Shown here: in pieces, positions 46,701 through 58,304 of the stretch
Layout: the number at the start of each line of letters is the position of its first letter
Numbering within the stretch: position 1 is the stretch's first letter
NCBI RefSeq assembly: GCF_009914755.1
Contig: NC_060940.1
Length of the DNA: 64,000 nucleotides
Strand: one strand, 5' to 3'
Source of the DNA: the human T2T-CHM13v2.0 reference genome, Homo sapiens
Notes under the pieces: generated by a model
What the model was told of the DNA's origin: nothing
What the model saw: the letters and a program-made list of their open reading frames with translations, nothing else
Database searches by the model: none
Position numbers and translations under genes: made by a program

Positions 46701-46900
46701 GATTCCATTCGATTCCATTCATTGAGGATTCCATTTGATTCCATTCAATGATGATTCCGTTCTATTCCATTCAATGATTGCATTCAATTCCATTCAATGA
46801 TTATCCCCTTAGAGTAAACTCAACGATTCCATTCAATACCATTCGATGATGATTCCTTTTGAGTCCATTCAATGATTTCATTCAAGTCCATTTGATGATT
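40789..46900 (+). repeat. Unit 8: full-length 6,112-bp unit, more diverged
   Basis: Anchor spacing 40974->47086 = 6112, with many more substitutions than units 1-5 (visible in the altered ORF translations). Confidence 0.94.
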
Positions 46901-49900
46901 CCTTTCAATTCCATTCTATGATGATTCCATTCGAGTCCATTCGATGATTCCATTCGATTGCATTCGATTATTCCATTATATTCCAGTCAACGATGATTCC
47001 ATTCGAGTCCATTCGTTGATTCCATTAGAGTACATTTAATGATTGCTTTGTTTTCAATTCGAAGATGATTACATTGGATTCCATTCTATGATACCATTCG
47101 ATTCCATTCAATGATGATTCCACTCAAATCCATTGCATGATTCCATTCGTGTCCATTCGGTGATTTCATTAGATTACATTCGAGGATGATTCCATTCGAT
47201 TCCATTCGGTGATTCCATTCAATTCCATTCGATGATGATTCCATCCCAGTCCATATGATCATTCCATTTGATTTCATTCGATGATGATTCCATTCGATTC
47301 CATTCGATGATTCCATTCTATTCCATTCGATGATGATTCCATTCGAGTCCATTCGATGATTCCATTCGAGTCCGTTGAATGATTCCATTGGGTTCAATTC
47401 AATGATGATTACATTGGATTCCGTTCTATGATTCCATTCAATTCCGTTCATTGACAATTTGATTCCATTCGATGATGATTCCATTTGAGTTCATTCGATG
47501 ATTCTATTCGATTCTCTTCGATGGTGATTCAATTCTATTATATTGGATGATTCCATTCGATTCCATTTGATGTTGATTCAATTCGATTCTATTCGATGAT
47601 GATTCCATTGGATTTCACTTGATGATTCTATTCGATTCCATTCAATGATGATTCACTTCTCGTCCATTGGATGATTCCATTTCATTCCATTCGATGATGA
47701 TTCCATTCGATTCCATTCGATGATTCCATTTGATTCCATGCGACGGTGAGCAATTCGATTCAATTCCATGATGATTCTATTTGATTCAATTAGATGATGT
47801 TTCCATTCGAATCCATTCCATGATTATTCCATTGGAATCCATTCGGCGATGATTCCATATGAGTCAATTCAATGATGATTCCATATGGGTCCGTTCGATG
47901 ATAATTCCATTTGATTTCATTCGATGCTTCTATTCTATTCCAGTCGATGATGATTCCGTTGGAGTCCATACGATGATTCCATTTGATTTCATTTGATGAT
48001 GATTCCATTCGATGATGATTGGATTCGATTCCATTTGATGATTTCATTTGATTCCATTCGTTAATGATTTCGATCAACTCCATTCGATGATTCCATTTGA
48101 TTCCATTCGATAATGATTACATCCGAGTCCATTCGATGATTCCATTTGAGCCTGTTCGATAATACCATTTGGGTCCAATCAATGATTCCATTCATTTCCA
48201 TTCAATGATTCCATTCGAGTCCATTTGATCATTCTGGTAGGGTCCGTTCGATGTTGATTCCATTGGAGTGCATTCGATGATTGCATTCGAGTCCATTTTA
48301 TGATTTGTTTCGAGTCCTTTCGATGATTCCATTCGATTCCACTCGATGATGATTTCATTCGAGTCCATTCGACACTTCCAATCGATTCCATTTGATGTTT
48401 CCATTCGAGTCCAATTTATTATTCCATTCAATTCCATTCGATGATGATTCCGTACGATTCCATTCTGTGATGATTCCATGTGATTGCATTCAATGATGAT
48501 TCCTTTCGATTGCATTCGATTATGATTCATTTCGTGTTCATTCTATGGTTCCACAGGTTTCCATTCGATGACGTTTCCGTTCATGTCCATTCCATTATTC
48601 CATTCTATTTCATTTGATGATGATTCCATTCGATTCCATTCATTGGTGATTCCACTCAATTCCATTCAATGATTCCATTCCATTTCTTTCAACAATGATT
48701 CCATTAGTTTCTATTCGATGATCCACTTGATTCCATTTGGCGATGATTCCATTCGTGTCCATTCGATGATTCCATTTGATTCCATATGATGATGATTCCA
48801 TTCGATTCCATACGATGGTGATTCCATTCGAGTCCATTCAATGGTGATTCCATTCAATTCCATTCGATGATTCCTTCCGATTCCATTCGATGATGATGGC
48901 ATTCGATTCCTTTCAATCATTCCCTTTGATTCCATTCAAAGGTGATTTCATTCAAGTCCATTCGATAATTGCATTCGATTCCATTCTATGATGATTCCAT
49001 TCGAGTCCATTTGATGATTCCATTCAATTCAAGTCAATGATGATTCCATTCGATTCCACTCGATGATTCCATTGGATTCCATTCGATGATGATTCCATTC
49101 AAATCCATTCGATAATTCAATTCAAGTCCATTCGATGATGATTCCAATCGAATCCATTCAAAGATTCCATTCAATTCCATTTGATGATGATTCCCTTAGA
49201 TTCCATTCGATGATTCCACTTGATTCCATTTACGATGATTCCATTCTATTCCATGTGATGAATCCATTCAATTCTATTCAATGATGTTTCCATTGGATTC
49301 CATTGGACCATGATTGCCTTTGATTCCATTCAATGATTCCATTCGGTTCCATTTGATGATGATTCCATTCGATTCCATTTCATTATTCCATTTGATTCCA
49401 TTGGATGAGTCCATTCGATTACATTCGATGATTATTCCATTCGAGTGCATTAGATGATTGCATTCGAGTCCATTCGATGATTCCATTCGATTCCATTCGA
49501 TGTTGATTCTGTTCAAATCCATTCGATGATTCCACTCGATTCCATTCGATGACTCCATTTGATCCCATTCGATGACTTCCTGTGATTCCCTTTGATGATC
49601 ATTCTATTTGATTCAATTCGGTGATTTCATTTCATTCCATTCAGTGATGTTTCCATTCGACTGTATTCGATGATGATTCCATTCGACTCCATTCGATTAT
49701 GATTTCATTCAATTCCATTCAATAATGATTCCCTTCGAGTCCATTCGATGATTCCATTCGATTCCATTCAACGATGATTTGATTCGTTTCCATTCGATGA
49801 TTCCATTTGATTCCACTTGATGATGATTCCATTCGAGTCCATTTGGTGATTCCATTCGAGTCTATTTATGTATTATATTCGTGTCCACTTCATGATTCCA

Positions 49901-52340
49901 TTCAATTCCATTTAATGTTGATTCCATTTGATTCCATTTGATGATTCAGTTCGATTCCTTGCAATGATTCCCTACGATTCCTTTCTATGATGATTCCATT
50001 CGATTCCATTCATTGATGATTTCATTCGACTCCATTCGATGATGATTCCTTTCGATTCCATTTGACGATGTTTCCATTCGAGTCCATTCGATGATTCTAT
50101 TCAATTCTGTTCTATTATGATTCCATTCGATTTCATTCAATGCTTCTATTTGATTCCATTCGATGATGATTCCATCTCTTTCCCTTCGATGATTCCATTT
50201 GATTCCATTCAGTGATGATTCCGTTTGATTCCATCTGATGATGATTTCACTTGATTCCTTTCAATGATGATTCAATTCAAGTCCATTCGATGGTTCCATT
50301 GGAGTCCAAACGATCATTCCGTTCGATTCCATTCAATGGTGATTCCATTCATGTCCATTCGATGAATCCATTCAATTCCATTCGATGATGACTCCATTCG
50401 AGTACATTCGATGAATCCATTTGATTCCATTTGAAGATGATTCCATTCAATTCCATTCGAAGATGATTCCATTCAATTCCATTCGATGATGATTCCGTAT
50501 GAATCCATTCTCTGATTATTCCATTCGATTCCATTCATTGACGATTCCATTCAATTCCATTCAATGATGATTCTCTTCTATTCCATTCGATGATTCCGGT
50601 CGATTCCATTCGATGATGATTCCATTAGATTCCATTCGATTGTTGCATTCGATTCCCTTCGATGATGATTCCTTTGAATTCCATTCGATTATCATTCCGT
50701 ATGAATCCATTTGATGATTATTCCATTGGATTCCTTTCGATGATGATTCCATTCGAGTCCATTCGATGATTCTATTCGAATCCATTTGATGATTTCTTTT
50801 GATTATAGTTGTTGATGATTCCTTTGGAGTCCATTCAATGATTCCATTCGATTCCAATCGATGATGATTCCATTAGTGTCCATTTAATGATTCCATTTGA
50901 TTCCAGTCTCTGATGATTACATTCGATTCCATACGATGATTCCACTCAATTCCATATGATGATGATTCCATTCGATTCCATTCGATGATTCCATTCTATT
51001 CTATTCAATGGTGATTCCATTCGAGTACATTAGATGATTCCATTCGATTCCATTCAATGATGATTCTATTTGTGTCCCTTACATGGTTCCACATGATTCC
51101 ATTAGATGATGATACTATTTGAGCCCATCCAATGATTCCCTTCGATTCCATTCGATGAGGATTCCATTCGATTCAATTCATTGGTGATTCTATTCAATTC
51201 AATTCTTTGATTCCATTCCATTCCATTCGACAATGATTCCATTCGATTTCTTTCAATGATTCCACTCGATTCCACTTGACATTGATTCCATTCGATTCCA
51301 TTCAATGATTCCGTTTGATTCCAGTGGATGATGATTGCCATCGATTCCATTCGATCACTCCATTCTATTCCATTTGATGATGATTACATTCGATTCCATT
51401 TGATGATTCCATCTGATTCTATTCGAGGATTCCATTTGATTCCATTCGATGATGATTCCATTTGAGTCCATTCGATGATTTCATTCGAGTACATCCAATG
51501 ATTCCATTCGAGTCCATTTGATGATTCCATTTGATTCCATTTCATTATGATTCTACTAGAGTCCATTCAATGACTCCATTCGAATCCATTCAACAATTCC
51601 ATTCGAGTCCATTCGAAGATTCCATTTCATGATTCCATTCGAGTCCATTTAATCATTACAGTCGAGTCCGTTTGGTGATTCCACTGGATTTCTTTTGATA
51701 ATGATACCATTCTGTTACATTTGATGATGATCCCATTCAATTTCATTTGATGATGATTCCATTAGAGTCCATTCGATGATTTCATTCGAGTCCCTTCATT
51801 GATTCCATACGATTTCATTGGATGATGACTCCATTCGAGTCCATTCGATGATTCCACTCGATTCCATTAGATGATTCCATTGGAGTCCATTTGATTGTTC
51901 CAATCGATTCCATTCGATTCCTTTCGAAGATTATTCCATTTGAGTCCATTTGATGATGTTTCCATTCCATTCCATTCCATTCGATGATTCCGTTTGATTC
52001 CATTCAATGATTCCCTTTGATTCCTTTCTATGATGATTCCATTCCATTCCATTCCATTCAATGATTCCATTCGAATCTATTCCATGATGATTCCTTTCGA
52101 TTCCATTCGCTGATGTTTCCGTTCAATTCCATTCGATGATGATTCCATTCGATTCCATTCATTGAGGATTCCATTTGATTCCATTCAATGATGATTCCAT
52201 TCTATTCCATTCAATGATTGCATTCAATTCCATTCAATGATTATCCCCTTAGAGTAAACTCAACGATTCCATTCAATACCATTCGATGATGATTCCTTTT
52301 GAGTCCATTCAATGATTTCATTCAAGTCCATTTGATGATT
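46901..52340 (+). repeat. Unit 9: 5,440-bp rearranged unit (597-bp deletion, +16 and +3 insertions, ~870-bp non-canonical block replacing ~965 bp)
   Basis: Offsets to unit 1 step 46900 -> 46303 -> 46319 -> 46322 -> 46228; 6112-597+19-94 = 5440. Confidence 0.9.
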
Positions 52341-55300
52341 CCTTTCAATTCCATTCTATGATGATTCCATTCGAGTCCATTCGATGATTCCATTCGATTG
52401 CATTCGATGATTCCATTATATTCCATTCAACGGTGATTCCATTCGAGTCCATTCCATGATTCCATTAGAGTACATTTAATGATTGCTTTGTTTTCAATTC
52501 GAAGATGATTACATTGGATTCCATTCTATGATACCATTCGATTCCATTCAATGATGATTCCACTCAAATCCATTGGATGATTCCATTCGTGTCCATTCGG
52601 TGATTTCATTAGATTCCATTCGAGGATGATTCCTTTCGATTCCATTCGATGATTCCATTCAATTCCATTCGATGATGATTCCATTCCAGTCCATATGATC
52701 ATTCCATTAGATTTCATTCGATGATGATTCCATTCGATTCCATTCGATGATGATTGGATTCGATTCCATTTGATGATTTCATTTGATTCCATTCGTTAAT
52801 GATTTCGATCAATTCCATTCGATGATTCCATTCGATTCCATTCGATAATGATTACATCCGAGTCCATTCGATGATTCATTTGAGCCTGTTCGATAATTCC
52901 ATTTGAGTCCAATCAATGATTCCATTCATTTCCATTCAATGATTCCATTAGAGTCCATTTGATCATTCTGGTAGGGTCCATTCGATGTTGATTCAATTGG
53001 AGTGCATTCGATGATTCCATTCGAGTCCATTTTATGATTTGGTTCGAGTCCTTTCGATGATTCCATTCGATTCCACTCGATGATGATTTCATTCGAGTCC
53101 ATTCGACACTTCCAATCGATTCCATTTGATATTTCCTTTCGAGTCCAATTGATGATTCCATTCAATTCCATTCGATGATGATTCCGTACGATTCCACTCT
53201 GTGATGATTCCATGTGATTGCATTCAATGATGATTCCTTTCGATTGCATTCGATTATGATTCATTTCGTTTTCATTCTATGGTTCCACAGGTTTCCATTC
53301 GTGTCCATTCCATTATTCCATTCTATTCCATTTGATGATGATTCCATTCGATTCCATTCATTGGTGATTCCACTCAATTCCATTCAATGATTCCATTCCA
53401 TTTCTTTCAACAATGATTCCATTAGTTTCTAATCGATGATCCACTTGATTCCATTTGACGATGATTCCATTCTTGTCCATTCGATGATTCCATTTGATTC
53501 CATATGATGATGATTCCATTCGATTCCATACGATGATGATTCCATTCGAGTCCATTCAATGGTGATTCCATTCAATTCCATTCGATGATTCCTTTCGATT
53601 CCATTCGATGATGATGGCATTCGATTCCTTTCAATCATTCCCTTTGATTCCATTCAAAGGTGATTTCATTCAAGTCCATTCGATAATTGCATTCGATTCC
53701 ATTCTATGATGATTCCATTCGAGTCCATTTGATGATTCCATTCAATTCAAGTCAATGATGATTCCATTGGATTCCATTCGATGATTCCATTGGATTCCAT
53801 TCGATGATGATTCCATTCAAATCCATTCGATAATTCAATTCAAGTCCATTCGATGATGATTCCAATCGAATCCATTCAAAGATTCCATTCAGTTCCATTC
53901 GATGATTCCCTTAGATTCCATTCGATGATTCCACTTGATTGCATTTACGATGATTCCATTCGATTCCATGTGATGATTCCATTCAATTCTATTCAATGAT
54001 GTCTCCATTTGATTCCATTCGACCATGATTGCCTTTGATTCCATTCAATGATTCCATTCGGTTCCTTTTGATGATGATTCCGTTCGATTCCATTTGATGA
54101 TTCCATTTGATTCCATTGGATGAGTCCATTCGATTACATTCGATGATTATTCCATTCGAGTGCATTAGATGATTCCATTCGAGTCCATTCGATGATTCCA
54201 TTCGATTCCATTCGATGTTGATTCTGTTCAAATCCATTCGATGATTCCACTCGATTCCATTCGATGACTCCATTTGATCCCATTCGATGATTTCCTGTGA
54301 TTCCCTTTGATGATCATTCCATTTGATTCAATTCGGTGATTTCGTTTGATTCCATTCAGTGATGTTTCCATTCGACTCCATTCGATGATGATTCCATTCG
54401 ACTCCATTCGATTATGATTTCATTCAATTCCATTCGATAATGATTCCCTTCGAGTCCATTCGATGATTCCATTCGATTCCATTCAACGATGATTTGATTC
54501 GTGTCCATTCGATGATTCCATTTGATTCCACTTGATGATGATTCCATTCGAGTCCATTTGATGATTCCATTCAATTCCATTCTCCGATGATTTCTTTTGA
54601 GCCCATTCAATGCTTCCACTCGATCCCATATGATGATGACTCCATTCGATGGAATTCGATGATGATTCCATTCGCTTGCTTTCGATAATGATTCCACTTT
54701 AGTCCATTAGAAGATTCTATTCAATTACATTCCATGACGATTCCGTTCGTGTCCATTTGATGATTCCATTAGACTCCATTCGACAATGATTCCATTCGAT
54801 GTTATTCGATGATTCCATTCGATCTCATTCGTTGATGATTCCATTCAACTCCATTCGATGTTTCCATTCGAGTTCATTCTATTATTCCATTAGATTCCAT
54901 TCGATGATGATTCCATTCGATTCCATTTGATGATTGCATTCTATTTCATTCGATGATGATTCCATTCGAGTCCATTCGATGATTCCATTCGAGTCCATTT
55001 AATGATTCCATTGGGTTCAATTCAGTGATGATTACATTGGATTCCGTTCTATGATTCCATTCAATTCCGTTCATTGACAATTTGATTCCATTCGATGATG
55101 ATTCCATTTGAGTTCATTCGATGATTCTATTCGATTCTCTTCGATGGTGATTCAATTCTATTATATTGGATGATTCCATTCGATTCCATTTGATGTTGAT
55201 TCAATTCGATTCTATTCGATGATGATTCCATTGGATTTCACTTGATGATTCTATTCGATTCCATTCAATGATGATTCACTTCTCGTCCATTGGATGATTC

Positions 55301-58300
55301 CATTTCATTCCATTCGATGATGATTCCATTCGATTCCATTCGATGATTCCATTTGATTCCATGCGACGGTGAGCAATTCGATTCAATTCCATGATGATTC
55401 TATTTGATTCAATTAGATGATGTTTCCATTCGAATCCATTCCATGATTATTCCATTGGAATCCATTTGGCAATGATTCCATATGAGTCAATTCAATGATG
55501 ATTCCATATGGGTCCGTTCGATGATAATTCCATTTGATTTCATTCGATGCTTCTATTCAATTCCAGTCGATGATGATTCCGTTGGAGTCCATACGATGAT
55601 TCCATTTGATTTCATTTGATGATGATTCCATTCGATGATGATTACATTGGATTCCATTCTATGATTCCATTCAATTCCATTCGTTGATGATTCGATTCCA
55701 TTCAATGATGATTCCATTTGAGTTCATTCGATGATTCTATTCGATTCCGTTTGATGGTGATTCAATTCTCTTATATTGGATGATTCCACTCGATTCCATT
55801 TGATGATTATTCCATTGGAGTCCACTTAGTGAATCCTTTAGATTCTACTCGAAGATGATTCCATTCGATTCCATTCGATGATACCGTTCAATTCCATTCG
55901 TTGATGCTTCCATTCAAGTGCATTCGATGATATCATTCGATTCCATTTGATGATAATTCCATTTGATTCCATGCGATGATTCTATTCGATTCCATTCAAT
56001 GATAATTCCTTTCAATTCAGTGATTCCTCTGGACTCCATTTGATGATGATTCCATTTAATGATTCCATTCGATTCTATTCGAAAATGATTCCATTTGAAT
56101 CCATTTGATGATGATTCCATTAGATTCCATTTGATGATTCCATTCGATTCCATTCGATGATTCCATTCGATTCCATTTGATGATTCCATTCTATTCTATT
56201 CGATGATGATTCCATTCGATTCCATTCGATGATGATTGGATTCGATTCCATTTGATGACTTCATTTGATTCCATTCGTTAATGATTTCGATCTATTCCAT
56301 TCGATGATTCCATTCGATTCCATTCGATAATGATTACATCCGATTCCATTCGATGATTCCATTTGAGCCTGTTCGATAATTCCATTTGAGTCCAATCAAT
56401 GATTCCATTCATTTCCATTCAATGATTCCATTCGAGTCCATTTGATCATTCCGGTAGGGTCCATTCGATGTTGATTCCATTGGAGTGCATTCGATGATTC
56501 CATTCGAGTCCATTTTAGGATTTGATTCAAGTCCTTTCAATGATTCCATTCGATTCCACTCGATGATGATTTCATTCGAGTCCATTCGACACTTCCAATC
56601 GATTCCATTTGATGTTTCCATTCGAGTCCAATTGATGATTCCATTCAATTCCATTCGGTGATGATTCCGTACGGTTCCATTCTGTGATGATTCCATGTGA
56701 TTGCATTCAATGATGATTCCTTTCGATTGCATTCGATTATGATTCATTTCGTGTTCATTCTATGGTTCCACAGGTTTCCATTCGTGTCCATTCCATTATT
56801 CCATTCTATTCCATTTGATGATGATTCCATTCGATTCCATTCATTGGTGATTCCACTCAATTCCTTTCAACGATTCCATTCCATTTCTTTCAACAATGAT
56901 TCCATTAGTTTCTAATCGATGATCCACTTGATTCCATTTGACGACGATTCAATTCTTGTCCATTCGATGTTTCCATTTCATTCCATATGATGATGATTCC
57001 ATTCGATTCCATACCATGATGATTCCATTCGAGTCCATTCAATGGTGATTCCATTCAATTCCATTCGATGATTCCTTTCGATTCCATTCGATGATGATGG
57101 CATTCGATTCCTTTCAATCATTCCCTTTGATTGCATTCAAAGGTGATTTCATTCAAGTCCATTTGATAATTACATTCGATTCCATTCTATGATGATTCCA
57201 TTCGAGTCCATTTGATGATTCCATTCAATTCAAGTCAATGATGATTCCATTCGATTCCATTCAATGATTCCATTGGATTCCATTCGATGATGATTCCATT
57301 CAAATCCATTCGATAATTCAATTCAAGTCCATTCGATGATGATTCCAATCGAATCCATTCAAAGATTCCATTCAGTTCCATTCGATGATATCCTTAGATT
57401 TCATTCGATGATTCCACTTGTTTCCATTTACGATGATTCCATTCGATTCCATGTGATGATTCCATTCAATTTTATTCAATGATGTTTCCATTTGATTCCA
57501 TTCGACCATGATTGCCTTTGATTCCATTCAATGATTCCATTCGGTTCCTTTTGATGATGATTCCGTTCGATTCCATTTGATGATTTCATTTGATTCCATT
57601 GGATGAGTCCATTCGAGTCCATTTAATCATTACAGTCGTGTCCATTTTGTGATTCCACTGGATTTCTTTTGATAATGATACCATTCAATTACATTTGATA
57701 ATGATCCCATTCAATTTCATTTGATGATGATTCCCTTAGAGTCCATTCGATGATTTCATTCGAGTCCCCTCATTGATTCCATCCGATTTCATTGGATGAT
57801 GACTCCATTCGAGTCCATTCGATGATTCCACTCGATTCCATTAGATGATTCCATTGGAGTCCATTTGATTGTTCCATTCGATTCCATTCGATTCCTTTCG
57901 AAGATTATTCCATTTGAGTCCATTCGATGATGATTCCATTCCATTCCATTCGATGATTCCGTTTGATTCCATTCGATGATTCCCTTCGATTCCTTTCTTT
58001 GATGATTCCATTCCATTCCATTCAATGATTCCATTCGAATCTATTCCATGATGATTCCTTTCGATTCCATTCGCTGATGTTTCCGTTCAATTCCATTCGA
58101 TGATGATTCCATTCGACTCCATTCATTGAGGATTCCATTTGATTCCATTCAATGATGATTCCGTTCTATTCCATTCAATGATTGCATTCAATTCCATTCA
58201 ATGATTATCCCCTTAGAGTAAACTCAACGATTCAATTCAATACCATTCGATGATGATTCCTTTTGAGTCCATTCAATGATTTCATTCAAGTCCATTTGAT

Positions 58301-58304
58301 GATT
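52341..58304 (+). repeat. Composite 5,964-bp segment made of two partial units (unit positions 1-~401, ~1703-~3912, ~426-3096, ~5425-6112)
   Basis: Offsets to unit 1 step 52340 -> 51037 -> 54523 -> 54520 -> 52192, with junctions near 52740, 54950 and 57610. Confidence 0.88.

Noticed and set aside
49857-50728. Transposon (Alu/L1) insertion as the source of the foreign block
   Set aside because: The block is itself CATTC satellite with no poly-A tail, target-site duplication or TE motifs, and it replaces rather than interrupts unit sequence.
38063-56915. Three plus-strand ORFs (38063, 43604, 56697)
   Set aside because: Chance open frames in the satellite (FHSIPFDD repeats) created by loss of stop codons in diverged units.
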